The notes: generated by a model from the letters alone, not told the origin. A DNA stretch of 64,000 nucleotides from Macrostomum hystrix (GCA_950097015.1 CATNEN010000002.1:5146001-5210000); one strand, 5' to 3'. Numbered from the stretch's first letter, positions 47,421-59,658 are shown. Made by a program: numbers and translations.

Positions 47421-50314
47421 ATGGAAAACAACATTGGGGTATCAGCTGTCACTGCACAAGTACGCGTGGCTTCAATCAACAAGAGGAAGCGTTCCGGAGC
47501 AGAAAATCGCCGTCAGAAGCAAGCAAAGAAACTAAAGGCTAGCGCTTCTGGCTGCATGAAACTAACGTCTATGTTTGAGTCAAGAAAAGACCGAACAGAA
47601 AGCAGGGCTGCTGGCGCTCATGCTGCCGGTGACGCGCCCTTGCTGCCTGTGACGGCGCCCATGCTGCCTGTGACGGCGCCCTTGCTTCCTGTGACGGCGC
47701 CCATGCTGCCTGTGACGGCGCCCACGCTGCCTGTGACGGCGCCCTTGCTTCCTGTGACGGCGCCCATGCTGCCTGTGACGGCGCCCACGCTTCCTGTGAC
47801 GGCGCCCTTGCTTCCTGTGACGGCGCTCATGCTGCCGGTGACGGCGCCCATGCTGTCGGTGACGGCGCTCATGCTGCCGGTGACGGCGCTCATGCTGCCG
47901 GTGACGGCGCTCATGCTGTCGGTGACGGCGCTCATGCTGCCGGTGACGGCGCTCATGCTGCCGGTGACGGCGCTCATGCTGCCGGTGACGGCGCTCATGC
48001 TGCGGTGACGGCGCCAATGCTTCCGGTTACGGCGCCCTTGCTGCTGGCGTCCTTGCTGCTGGCGTCCTTGCTGCTGGCGCCCTTGCTGCCGGTCACAGCA
48101 TCAAGTGCAAGGGCGGTCACGTAAGAGAAAGCTGCTGCCCGTGCATCTTAAGCGATTTCCTTGGTTGTCAGTGAGTAAAGTGGCTGGACTAGAGGGAGCG
48201 TTCTGTACACCATGTGTTCTGTTTTCCTCGGCCACAGGTGTTGGTGGCCGCACTAATGGTTGTGGGCAGCAAGCCGGTGCACTTGTTCGGAAGCCTCTGA
48301 AGAGGTTTGATGACTTAACTGGAAAGGAAGGCGTGCTTTCACTGCATGAGAAAAGCGAGTACCACAAGAAAAGCGCTGAAAAATGGACGAGTTTTTGAGA
48401 CGCACTCACAAGGGAGAAAGTGCGCAAGACATTCGATCGCAGCTCAAGACCACAAGGCAGCAGGAGATTATAAAGAATCGCGCAGGTCTAATCCCAATAA
48501 TTGATTCTGTTCTGACGTGTGCTCGCCAGAACATGGCACTCCGTGGTCACCGCGGAGAGAATCAGCCAATGCAGTTGGATGCTGGAGAGCCTGAGAAAAT
48601 GATGGGAACTTTCGGGCGCTGCTGCGTTTCCGAGCTCGAGGAGGCGATGCTGCTCTTTCTAACCACGTGAGCCAATCTTCTGCCAATGCAACTTATCTGT
48701 CTCCACAGATTCAGAATGAAGTCTTGGATGTTGCATTGAAATTAATTCGAGAGAAGGTCGTAATGCGGGTTCAACGTGCCGAATGCTCTGCTCTGATAGT
48801 TGATGAGGCAATGGATCTGCAGAAGAGAGAGCAACTTGTCATTGTTGCCCGCTATCTGTCTGATGCTACTGACGGCTCTGTGCAGCAGAATGAGGACCCA
48901 GTGGCAATGCTAGACCTTGTATCCGACATCGCTGGCGGTATCGACTCATGGGAAGATGTTCGGCTAAGTGGCGAGAACATCGCTGCAGCAATTGTTCGCC
49001 GGCTGGAGGTGCTGGGGCTTAATCTCACCAGATGCGTGGCTCAGTGTTATGATGGTGCCGCTGCAATGGCCAGTGAGAGAGTGGGTGTTGCTGCACACAT
49101 TCGGAGACAAGCTGCCCAGGCCGACTACTTCCACTGCATGGCCCATTGGCTAAATCTGAGTGCAGTGCGTGCCGTTAAAATCCCGACTGTCAGGAACTCG
49201 CTCGGAGTCATTCAAGAAGTTGTTGCCGCATTTCGGTCAAGTAGCAAAAAGACATTCCTACTAAAGCAGATAATTGAAGAGTCAAATGAGACTGTCGGAT
49301 CAAAGCGGCAGCTTGCGAGTCTGTGAGACGCGGTTTTTGGAACGACACACTTCCATCGTCACGTTTCGGCAACTTTTCAATCACGTTGTGCATGCGCTGG
49401 AAAAAATGAAGACCTGGCAAGGATCAGATGCGGCTCGATCAGCGACAACTCTGCATGCTGCAGTTCAAAATTTCGAGTTCATTGTTGGAATGATCATCCT
49501 TGAGAACCTTGCCGGCTTACTACTGCCAGTGTCGAGGCGACTTCAAGCTGCAGACAATGAGCTTTTCGAAGCTGTCCGTGAGGTGAAAGAACTGCTGTCA
49601 GCGCTGGAGTCACTGCGAAGCGAGCAGCAGTTTCACGAGTTGTTTAGGGAAGCGCGGGCTCTCGCTCTTCAACTTGACATTGATCAGAAAATTCCTCGCC
49701 AAGGACGCCACGTTGCACGTTTTCAGACGGCGCAAGTGGCGCAGGCGCAGACGCAGCCCACCACCACTAGTGCCGAGGATCACTACAGAACTTCTGTGTA
49801 CTTTCCGGCAGTGGATGCTATAGCAGCCGACATCATGCTACGGTTCGGAGTGCCACAGCAGCGTGCCTTCAATCTCAGCTGTCTGCTGCCAGTGAACTTT
49901 GATGACTCAAAGCTGGACGCGCAGCTAACCTCTGTGCAAGAAGCAGCACAGAAGTACTGCAGCCTGCTGACGGATCCGTTCGTTGTTGTAAAGCAGGAGT
50001 ATATACTATGGCGACAACAGTGGTCAACAGTCTCTGCTGAACATCGTCCGGGTACAGCGGTACTAGCCTTGCGAGCCTGTAGGAAAGTTAAGTTTCCAAA
50101 TATGTACCGCCTACTGGCTGTCTCTGCTACTCTGCCTGTGTCGACCTGCGAGCCGGAGAGAGTATTTTCAAAGCTGAAGCAGACATTGACATGTTGTCGG
50201 AGCACAATGGGTGAGGGACGCTTGGAATCTGTGCTTTTACTTCAGTGTCACCGAACTGACTGCCCCACTCCAGCAGAGGTTCTGGATTGTTTGCAAATTC
50301 GGCTCGTCGATTGA
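47421..50314 (+). mobile_element. hAT transposase of the ZMYM1/THAP12-like type (TTF zinc finger, DUF4371-like core, hATC), frameshifted
   Basis: RFPWL..AFCTPCVLF; ALRGHR; LSPQIQNE; IVDEAMD; QCYDGA; FHCMAHWLNL; LPVSTCEPERVFSKLK. Confidence 0.88.
47635..48090 (+). repeat. 21-bp coding VNTR, (LPVTAPM/LPVTALM)n, in the transposase N-terminus
   Basis: About 19 units of TGCTGCCTGTGACGGCGCCCA-like sequence. Confidence 0.95.
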
Positions 50315-50900
50315 AGTGGCTTCTTTAAGAAGCTCCACATTCACAATGCTTTTGTGCGCTTCGTGTCAGGTGATTTGACTACAAAGACACAGGCCTATCT
50401 AATTTTTTCAGCTCAGCACCTTATCTTTTTGTGTTCTTTCTGAGTTCATGTTACTATTTTTAATTCCCTACGAGTATTCGATTCAATATATTCGTATGCA
50501 TGCAGTGACACACACTTTCTTGCATGATCTCTCACTGATCATTGACTGATTCAAGTCAACCTCGCGCTGTCGCACATTCTTATTTATTTTTCTCAGTGTT
50601 CTCAACTGCTTACTTTTGAAATTCCGTAAAGTGCAGTAGTAAAAATGGTGACTATGATCAAACATGTATTTTGCAATTTCATTTAACAGTGTTCGTTGCC
50701 CAAAAGTGAAGATATTGGTCAATGAAATATGCACATTGGCATTGGATAAGAGTTCTTTCTTGCTCAGAGAAGGGTAAAATTGCGCTCCTAAAATTAACAT
50801 ATTGGCGCCCCCCCCTGGAGTCTTCAATGGAGTCTATGGACCAGACCCAGTCTTGGATTTGGGTTAGGGCTTGGGTTGGGCTTCGATTGTATGAGTAGCC

Positions 50901-51340
50901 ATTCGCTGACAGTACGCGTACAGGAAGGCTTAGATTGTCTATGGAGTCATGGAGTCTTGGATTGAGTCTATAGAGTACTTGAGAATGGGAATTTGCGATG
51001 CCATAATAATTTAGCTTTTTGACACCGCTTCATTTCTGCACAATCTACTAAAGAATTCCAACACTGGGTTTTCGCATCGCGCCTTGTTGGCTTCATGATG
51101 GCCCTGTACAATAAGTACGAGAACATGTGCATCGCACTTCAGTACCAGTAGACTACCACGATTGTTTCTTGTGATCGCTTCCGTTCGCGCGACCTTCTGT
51201 ACGCCTTGCTTATTTAAAACTTTTCGTCTGATAATTTCTATGTGAGATTAATCTGTGCTGTTTAATTGCTGGTTTCAGGATTAACCAACTTCTTTTTCCG
51301 TTCAATCGTTGCTTCGAAACTATTTCGCAAGCAACAAGCT
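50901..51340 (+). repeat. About 440-bp dispersed repeat, inverted partner of 39642-40085
   Basis: Near-identical reverse complement. Confidence 0.9.
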
Positions 51341-51345
51341 CGTTA

Positions 51346-54300
51346 CTCTCTGAGTAAGGTGTGTTAGACACACCGGGGGGTGGTGCTTTGTGCGTGCGTG
51401 CGTGTACTCTGGAGGCGGGGGGCGTGGGGTGGCTGGCTGCCCCGGCTCGCTTTAAGCCCCCCGCGCTCCTGCCGTCTCACCTCTGCCGCGATTTGTTAAA
51501 AATTTTACCTTGCTCAGCAGCCCTTTGAGATATGAGTGCTAGCCCACAGCGTCTTAACGTGCGCCAACTCAAGGCAGAGCTGCGTAATAGAGGCCTACCT
51601 GCTACTGGCAACAAGCGCCAACTGGCCCAGCGTCTATCCACAGCACTCAGCACAGAGCAGGTCAATACTCAACAAACCGCGAGGGCAATGTCTTCTCCTG
51701 GCACCGATGTCGGTAACGGCAGCGCGGGCGAGGCGTCTCCGGGGGCGAGGAGCGACCGGCTGGCGGCGTTGCGGTAGGAGGTGGAGCTGCTCGAACTGCG
51801 TGTCCTGGAGGGTCGTCGTCGTGAACTCCAGCAATAGCTTCACTCCCAGCAACGACCGGCGGTGCAGCCTCAGCCAGCGCCAGGTGAGCAGAACTTTCAC
51901 GCTAACCTGCATTTGCCTGATGTTTTTGTCTCTGGGATGAGAGAAGCGGCGCAGCCCCAGCCCAGCAACCCCCGCGTCTCAACCCACAAAGCGCAGTTGA
52001 TCAGAGACCACGTGAAGCCGTCCAGTAGAGTAGGTTCAGCCAGTCAGGAGCAGCTGATAGCTACCATGGAGAATGGCGCTCTCACATTCAGGAAGCAGGA
52101 GCCAAAACTGTCTAGCATCTCGGTTGGTCAATGGATAGCCGCTAACTCCATCATCCCGCAAGAGATGATCAGAAAGAAGCTACAGTCGGCTTCCGAAGAC
52201 AGCGGTCTCCTGACTGATGTACTTGGCTATCTTGACTACAACCGGAAGATTGGAGAGCTGCTGGATGCTGATTACCCCCAATCCGTGATCTGGGAGTTTG
52301 ATGAAGACTATCGAAAACTGGTGGCTGAGACCGGCATGCTCTGGGGCGAGGAGCCCCCTCAGTTGTACCACAAGCATCTCAACGCGCCGAACAACCTGCG
52401 GTTTACGATGGCTAAGCAACTCAACAAACATCAGCTGCCCTCAACATCGTCAACTTCCAGGCCTATTTGCTTGAGGTTCAACTCTGAGGCGGGCTGCACA
52501 CACCAGCGCTGCAAGTTCCGCCACGTCTGCAAGATCCAAGGCTGCCAGGCATCGCATCCGGCTCACGCCCATAGTCAGCTCGCAGATCACGTGACTGGTG
52601 TGAGTGCAAAAAACTGAAGTCTTTTTACCAAGCTGACTAATCTGATTTTACTGCCGGTGTTTCTGCTTTTACTTCCTCACCCATTTCGTCTGATCTCAAA
52701 CCTGATGTCTGGAATGCTATGCTAAGCGACGACCCTGACCGCGAATTCCTGATGCAAGGTGTCGTTTACGGGTTCGCCCTCACCAACGCTGGTCAAACCC
52801 CTATGACGTCATCCAAGAATCACGCCTCCGCCATGATGCACCACGACGCAGTTGAAGCCCAGATCTAGGAGGAGCTGCGCCTGGGGAGGTACATCAGGTG
52901 CAGCGGTCCGATTAAAGTCAATCCTATCGGCGCCATCCCCAAGCCCGACGGGCGGATCCGCCTGATCCACGACCTGTCCCACCCGTCCGGCCAGTCGGTC
53001 AACAACTGTTACGACCAGCAGAAGCACATTTAGTACTGCACTGTCCAGCAACTGGTCCGCCATCTTCATCCTGGATGCTACATGGCCAAGATCGACCTCA
53101 AGAATGCATACAGGTCCGTGCCGATAAGGTCAGAGGACTACGCCCTCGTCGGTCTCTCCTGACAGTTTAATTCGGAGAGCCACGACAGTCTGCTCTGCGA
53201 CACCAGGCTGCCGTTTGGTGCCAAAGCTGCTTGCAAGGTTTTTCACCGCCTCTCTACCGCCGTGACTCGTCGCATGCAAAAGTTTGGATTCACAGCCACG
53301 GTGAACTACCTGGACGACTGGGCTGTCGCTGGGCGGTCGGAGTCTGAAGCTTCTGCTGCCTTCAACTACCTGCTGGATATCCTCCAGCGTCTCGGCTTCA
53401 CCATCAACTGGGACAAGGTGGTCACGCCGGCCCAGTGCATCAACTTCCTTGGCGTGTGTATCAATACAGCGACCGGCACGAAAACGCTCCCCGAGGAAAA
53501 GGCCCTGGAGGCTATGAAGCTGCTGAGTCAGACTTGCAAGGAGATTCGGCTGCACGTGCGCTCTGCTCAGAAGTTAATTGGAAAGCTCGGCTGGTTCTGC
53601 CAGATTGTTCCGCAGGTCAAAGTCTTCATGCGCCCGCTTTTCGACTGGTTGATCACCGCTGTTGATGGCAAGGTGTCGATGACTGATGATATCCGGGCCA
53701 ATCTGTCCTGGTGGCTTCGAGCCCTGGCTTGGCTACCCCCTGTTGCTCTTTGGCCGCGCTTCAATGAGGAGTTCGCCATGGAGACCGACAGCAGCCAGTC
53801 CGGCGCGGCTGCTGTCATCTGGGGTGCCGAGAGCTCCTGGAGCATCATCAACTGGAACCTGGACTGCGGCGGTGCGTTCAGAGACGCTCACATCAACTTC
53901 AAGGAGGCTCTGGCGCCTTTGCTGATCATCTTGCACAGCCGTGCTCAGCTACACAATTGCAAGGTCGTTATCTACACCGACAGCACTGCGGCGGCTGGCA
54001 TGATTAACCGTTTGAGTTGCCGCGATCCACGGTTCCTGCAGGTGTACCAAACCGTGGCTCTGCTGTGCATTAAGAACAACGTGAAGCTGCAGGCCTTCCA
54101 CTTGCCAGGCCGCATGCAGATTTTTGCCGATGCAGCCTCTCGCATGTTTGCCTCGCAGCCAGAGCTCGTCAACTTTTGCTGCCGCTATTACCGCACTCTC
54201 GTTATCTGCCCCCTCGAGTTCGCGTCGCACGCGCTCTCTGCTGCCTCTCAATACCGCCTTCTTTTGCAAGTCGCCCTCGCTCTCGGGAGACGCCGCCCGC

Positions 54301-54895
54301 CGCCCGCGCCGTGTCTGCCGGACACCTGTGTCGCCTCGGTCTGGCCGAGAACTCCTGGAGGTCGTATCTCTGCCAGCTGCGATCCTGGGAAGCTTTCTGT
54401 GCCAACGCCGGCCGCCCTTCATCTCCAGCGGACGGTGATCTCCTGTGCCGCTACATCGCGCAACTGGTGAGCACGCGCACCCGGTCATTCTCCAGCCTCC
54501 GAGCCTATGTCCATGCCGTCTCGTTTCTGCATCAAGCCACTGGCGCCCCTGACCCGGTTAAATCCTTTGCTGTTCAACTGGCCCTTCGTGGTGCAAAGCG
54601 CCTCCTTGGCCTGCGCTGCAAGCAGGCAGAGCCGCTTACTCTGGAGCACATCAGAAGCATCCATCAGCAGCTCTCGCGCACCATCCCTCGGCTTGACCTC
54701 CAGGCCGCCTTCTGGGCCGCTCTTCTGGTGGGCTGGTGGGGCATGTTGTGCCTCGGCGACTTTCTGTCGGCCCGCGGCAGCTGCCCGGTCTCGCGGGCTT
54801 GCCTGTCGGCTTCTTCTAGCTGCTGGAAGCTGGCCCTCCCGCGCTCCAAAACCAACCAATTCGGGGCGACGCCGCATGTCGTACTTCTGCCAGCT
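51346..54895 (+). mobile_element. Ngaro/DIRS-class tyrosine-recombinase retrotransposon, degenerate and 3'-truncated
   Basis: Gag-like ORF with SAP motif (LNVRQLKAELRNRGL) and CCCH finger. RT GRIRLIHDLS, KIDLKNAY, LPFG, YLDDW; RNase H TDSSQSG, YTDS; overlapping YR ORF (AEPLTLEHI, RSKTNQFG). No methyltransferase is evident. Confidence 0.87.
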
Positions 54896-55106
54896 GAAAT
54901 TTTATCTTTAAATTTCAATATTACATTTTTTATGGCATTTGTTTACACATTTGAAATATTTCTTTCACCCAAGAAATCATATGCAGTCATATAAGAAGTA
55001 ATATGCACCTCCTTTTTTTTTAAACCTTTTAAAAAATCGAATTGCTTAGCATTGTTACCAAAATCAAATAAACAAAAGATCAGCACCCAATCGGCGTGTG
55101 CACTTC

Positions 55107-55140
<34 letters not shown>

Positions 55141-55157
55141 GTAATAATAATAATAAT

Positions 55158-55601
55158 TGTGACGTTGTCACTTGTTGGAAGCGCCCCTAGCAATTTAATT
55201 TACGTGTTAATTTACATAGCTAATTTACGTGTGTACTAACTAGGGCCGTTTTACTGATTCATCTGGTTTTCATCCATTTCTCAGTTTCGTATGGCTAAGC
55301 TGTAATTCTTAGAGTGTTACTGTTAGTAGGCGTTAGTGCACATCGCGCTGCCACAGCTTGGTTTTGCTAATGTCTAATTGTCGGCTGCCCAGACCAGTGT
55401 ACTTACACGCTCATTGGCTGGAGCCAGTTTCTAGAGTTATCGATCGCCCTGTTCTGCAGTTTACTAAGCTTATTTAACTAAGGGCTTTAGGCCCGCTCGC
55501 GCCCCACTGGTCTGACCTTGTCCTGTCTTGTCGTGTCCGGCCCTGGTTCTCGTTCTTGTTGTTCCTGTTTGTCCACTGGTTGTCCGCTTGTTATTGTTCT
55601 G
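55158..55601 (+). mobile_element. Probable LTR fragment interrupted by the Polinton
   Basis: Begins TGTGACGTTGTC, like the LTR of the 30.9-38.8 kb Gypsy; no partner in the window. Confidence 0.4.
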
Positions 55602-56050
55602 AGTAGTATGCAAGAGGGGGCTTCTAGGACAAAAATAATCGCAGCCTCCATTATCCACAAACCATTACTTTTATTATTCCCGAAGAGATCAGGAAAAAAG
55701 GGTCCCCGCCTCTCTCTAAAAAACTCCGTCTCCATATTCTAATTTCTCTACTTTTAATATTCCACATCAGTTTGTAAGTTGAATATCTAGGACAAAAATT
55801 ATCGCAGCCTCCTTATTGCACAAACCATTACCTTTGCTGAAGGAACAAGGTTCCCCCGCCAAAAAATCTGTCTCTACAGTTTTTGAACTTGGACAAAAAA
55901 AATTATCGCAGCCACTCCCTAAGAGATCATGCACAAAATAGCGAAGCTGCAAAAAGCGTGCCAAGACAATCAAATTAGCACTAAAATCCCAATCAAGACC
56001 CCAAACCTTGGGTGCTCATCCTCCGAAAAAAAATTAAATTCTTATTAAAA

Positions 56051-56299
56051 ATGCTCCCAATCGTCTCTCCAGGATCTTATTACAAAAGTCATGAGCCTAA
56101 TTACAAGAGTAAGTACCAATGCAAAAAAGAATGCAGCGAGTACATGAAGAAATATTGTCCCAACGTCGATATCAATGTCCCTAATATTAATCTAGCAGTT
56201 AAGAGTCACTGGTTTCATAAGTATGGAGCAATTATAAAGGACTACGACAGCTACTATAACTTTGCAGAAATCATTAGGCAGCTTACATTCTCTCAATGA
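56051..56299 (+). CDS. Small uncharacterised Polinton ORF (82 aa)
   Basis: AAAAATG start context like the other viral ORFs; converges with the penton gene. No family recognised. Confidence 0.45.
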   Translation: MLPIVSPGSYYKSHEPNYKSKYQCKKECSEYMKKYCPNVDINVPNINLAVKSHWFHKYGAIIKDYDSYYNFAEIIRQLTFSQ

Positions 56300-57092
56300 T
56301 CAACGTCAATACAAACTCTTCACCGTTGAAATCAACGCCAACACCATCTTCCGTCTCAAACTGCAGCACAATCTCGTGAATCTCCTTATTACTTAGCACA
56401 ACTCTTTTCACTGGATTTGGTTTCTCTACCAGCATCTGTCCTCCAGCAACAGAGTTTGAGATGTTGTACAAAATATTCGTTCGCTTTCCCTTAAATACCC
56501 AATCAAGACTGAGATTACTTCTGATTAGAATATTCAAACCCTTTACAATGTCTGCGATATTGGGTGCTAAGAACAGACCGCTTTCCCCGGATTCCGCCTT
56601 ATAAACTTTCTTCTCGAATCCCAATTCCTTATACCAAGTGTCATCTCTAAATTCAACCTCCGCTTCTTTGTGAACTTGCATGACCACTCTCATTACAGTG
56701 AGATCATAGGATAGTTTGACAGGGAACAGTTTCTTCTCTGGCTTACTCGCATTGGGTGTTTCAAAATGGCCTCTTTTAGTAAAAACACTTTCTAGAAAGT
56801 AATTATAGGTGTCCACGCCCTGTGTGCTCACAGGGAATACAACAGCCTTTTCTTCACCTTTCCATTTGTAATGAAACTTATTATTTGCTGCTGTCACATT
56901 GGGAACGTTTGACCAACCAGTGAAGTCGTTAAGATATACATGGTAATTAGCACCTGGATCCAGACGAATCGCCTGCTCTAATTTTTCAACAAATATCCCG
57001 TTTGCGTCATTAATTCGCCCAGCTATTGTAATAGGAATGCTCTCCTTAGAGTGAGAAATAATATTATTTATTCTTTCAGCAATCGCTTCCAT
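56283..57092 (-). CDS. Minor capsid protein (penton)
   Basis: Adjacent to MCP; C-terminus IHEIVLQFETEDGVGVDFNGEEFVLTLII matches the Polinton penton end motif. Confidence 0.75.
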   Translation of the reverse strand: MEAIAERINNIISHSKESIPITIAGRINDANGIFVEKLEQAIRLDPGANYHVYLNDFTGWSNVPNVTAANNKFHYKWKGEEKAVVFPVSTQGVDTYNYFLESVFTKRGHFETPNASKPEKKLFPVKLSYDLTVMRVVMQVHKEAEVEFRDDTWYKELGFEKKVYKAESGESGLFLAPNIADIVKGLNILIRSNLSLDWVFKGKRTNILYNISNSVAGGQMLVEKPNPVKRVVLSNKEIHEIVLQFETEDGVGVDFNGEEFVLTLIIERM

Positions 57093-57115
57093 TTTTCAGC
57101 CCCGAAAAAAAATAT

Positions 57116-58402
57116 TTAAACTTTACTGGATGAATTGTTGATCATGTTAAGCTTCACCTTCCTCTCGAACGCATAGATAATGTACAGGTCAACAGCAGTT
57201 GCGGCAGTCCTCTCAATGTTAGTCACGATATTCACAGGGCTGTTGTCAGTAGGCATTTGTCTGGCAGACACATCAGCGCCAAACATCGGATAAAGAGTTC
57301 CATATTGAAGAGCAGTGATAGCAATTCCATTGTTCTCTTTCACAGCCAAGTCGACCAACTCGCTGTAAAATTTGCTAATCTTGTTCTGACTGAAATTTCC
57401 ATTTTGTGGCAGTGCGGGGTAAAGATTATCACTGATTTCATGCTGAATGGACCGCACATCTCCATGCATGTAGCGTATAATGTTATTTGGGTTTCTCATG
57501 TTAATAATAATATACCTAGGATTGCTGCATGATCCCTCTTTAATGCAGATGTTTGTTCTGGTTTCGTTTCGCTCATCTCGACACATGTAGGCCGTGTAGG
57601 CGACATCAATGTCCTTCTCTATTGCCTTGAGATAATCTGCTTTTAGTGCGGTCTTTGGCTCAATGACTTCCAAATACAGCTCGATTCCGGTTAGCTTCAC
57701 TTCCATCCTAGTGTGGTCCGCCCCAGTCCACAACACTCTACTGCGATCATCTCTAGTCATCTTAAAGGTGTAGCTGAAGTTACTAGTCAGTCGATTAAAT
57801 GTATTACAGAATCCACTCATGAATCTCAGTGGTACGAATACATCAACAGTCCGATACAGCGGGTTCTTAGCAGCATCATCAGCACCTTGCAATGCATAGT
57901 TGTATCTCTTCTTCCTCTTTTTATAGCCACTGTCATTGATATCTCCTTCTTTTTCATCTGCAATGAAACCCGCACCACTCCCCAACTGAATAAAATCTGG
58001 ATTCTCGATCAAGCAATGAGCGTCATAGACAATTCCAAAGTTGGCGATTCGCTCCAACTCTGTGCTCCCATTCGATACACTAAACTCCTTGAACATGTAC
58101 GCCCAAAAGTTACTGATCAGAGCCACATCTGCATCATGCTTGTCAGCGTTAGCATGAGCTGCATCCGCACCTCCCTTTGTCTTGAATTGAAATGTCATAT
58201 GGAAGCCGCTCTTAAGACTGTGCACACTAACCAGAGACGAACATCCATTGTAGGTGAATGTCAGTGTTTGACCAGGACCAAGATTAGTTTCATTCTGATT
58301 TTCCTGACTGGGAACTCTTACTTGAGTCGCTTTGATTGTGCTATCATCACTCAAAATAGGCTTGTTAATTTTGTAGAAAACTGGTGTCAGTGGGTCGTTC
58401 AT
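57116..58402 (-). CDS. Major capsid protein (double jelly-roll)
   Basis: 428 aa, beta-rich. Polinton/Mavirus-like segments (QTLTFTY, PRYIII, TLYPMFGADVS, LYIIYAFERKV) in a virion-gene context. Confidence 0.82.
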   Translation of the reverse strand: MNDPLTPVFYKINKPILSDDSTIKATQVRVPSQENQNETNLGPGQTLTFTYNGCSSLVSVHSLKSGFHMTFQFKTKGGADAAHANADKHDADVALISNFWAYMFKEFSVSNGSTELERIANFGIVYDAHCLIENPDFIQLGSGAGFIADEKEGDINDSGYKKRKKRYNYALQGADDAAKNPLYRTVDVFVPLRFMSGFCNTFNRLTSNFSYTFKMTRDDRSRVLWTGADHTRMEVKLTGIELYLEVIEPKTALKADYLKAIEKDIDVAYTAYMCRDERNETRTNICIKEGSCSNPRYIIINMRNPNNIIRYMHGDVRSIQHEISDNLYPALPQNGNFSQNKISKFYSELVDLAVKENNGIAITALQYGTLYPMFGADVSARQMPTDNSPVNIVTNIERTAATAVDLYIIYAFERKVKLNMINNSSSKV

Positions 58403-58431
58403 TTTTTAAACTAAAAAAAATAAAATAAGAA

Positions 58432-59658
58432 ATGAAGCGAAAAAATGCGCACCAAATATCTGAATTGGAGAAGCTAGCACAAGCAGAAAAGAGAGTTACC
58501 GGGCTAATCAATAAGGAGCAACAATCCTACAATGAGTTTGTCCAAGCAGCCACAGAGTTTCATAAACCCGGGTATGGAGAAGCTAAGAAAAATATTGATC
58601 AAGTCAAAGAAACTATTGACGACATACAGGAAACCCAGGTGCAAAAGGCTTTGGACAAAATTCCAGAAGCACCGCAGATACATCAATCTGCAGATCCGCA
58701 AGTCCAAGTCCCACAACAGTCACAACTAAAAGTGACAGATAACATTTTTGGACCAGTAGAACGTGTAGAACATGATGGGAAATATGTATTCGGAATAAGT
58801 ATGTGGAGAAAAAACATTTATAATGAACCAGTGGAATATTATATCGACATAAACAAGAACCATATTTCTGTTGTCAAAGGCCCAGAAACTAAGAGAATAA
58901 TTTACACAGAAACCTTACTGAATTTTATGACTAAGAACCAAGAGAAAATTTCGGACAAGCAGCTAAAGAACTATAGAGATCTAGTGAGTTTTGCTCTTGC
59001 TAGAGATATAGAAATACTAAAGCTCCCACAAGTTCTGAAAATGATGCATGACAACGGTGTCATCCTGACCAGATTCAAAAAGTACAAGCATTTTAAACAA
59101 TGGTTTGGTTTGCCAGATCAAGAAGATGCCATAAAATATCTAGAACAGCAACCGCCACAACAACAACCCGAATCACCAGAGCAACCACCACAACAACAGC
59201 AACAACCACCACAACAACAGCAACATTTTACAGAAGAACAAGTGCTGAGTCAACTCGAGCAGTCCGACCCCTTGAAAGTAGCTCAATATAAGAAACAATA
59301 CCCAGCAGAGTGGCATCGCTTGGAGCAATTCTCCCCAGACCGAATGAATAGAATCAAGCAAAAAGTTTTCACACCCCAGCACACACCCCTACCTGACACT
59401 TCAGCTTCATCCGGAACTGACCAGTCATTTGAAAGCCCATTTCAACAACAGTCAACCCCACTTGGAACAGGATCCAAATCTGGAACAGGAATTTCTGACA
59501 TCTATAAGCGAGTGGCTGTTCTTCTTGGAGCTGCAAAGACTGGCATGAAAGACGAAAATAGAAAAGAATTTGTCAACATCCTGGACAAAATGATGGAAAA
59601 GAAGTATATCGACAAACGGGCAAGAGAGCTTCTGCTTTCACGTTTTAACAAAAAATAA
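58432..59658 (+). CDS. Conserved uncharacterised Polinton/adintovirus protein (resembles the gene often called GasderminX)
   Basis: YTETLLNFM..QLKNYRDLV core and C-terminal KRVAVLLGAAKTG..EFVNILDKM helix resemble that family from memory; Gln-rich insert. Confidence 0.5.
   Translation: MKRKNAHQISELEKLAQAEKRVTGLINKEQQSYNEFVQAATEFHKPGYGEAKKNIDQVKETIDDIQETQVQKALDKIPEAPQIHQSADPQVQVPQQSQLKVTDNIFGPVERVEHDGKYVFGISMWRKNIYNEPVEYYIDINKNHISVVKGPETKRIIYTETLLNFMTKNQEKISDKQLKNYRDLVSFALARDIEILKLPQVLKMMHDNGVILTRFKKYKHFKQWFGLPDQEDAIKYLEQQPPQQQPESPEQPPQQQQQPPQQQQHFTEEQVLSQLEQSDPLKVAQYKKQYPAEWHRLEQFSPDRMNRIKQKVFTPQHTPLPDTSASSGTDQSFESPFQQQSTPLGTGSKSGTGISDIYKRVAVLLGAAKTGMKDENRKEFVNILDKMMEKKYIDKRARELLLSRFNKK

Noticed and set aside
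54176-54895. Tyrosine recombinase as the integrase of the adjacent Polinton
   Set aside because: It overlaps Ngaro RT/RNase H, is GC-rich and truncated, and lies outside the AGTAGT terminus.
57713-58414. 233-aa plus-strand ORF in the Polinton
   Set aside because: Antisense shadow of the major capsid gene with no recognisable motifs.
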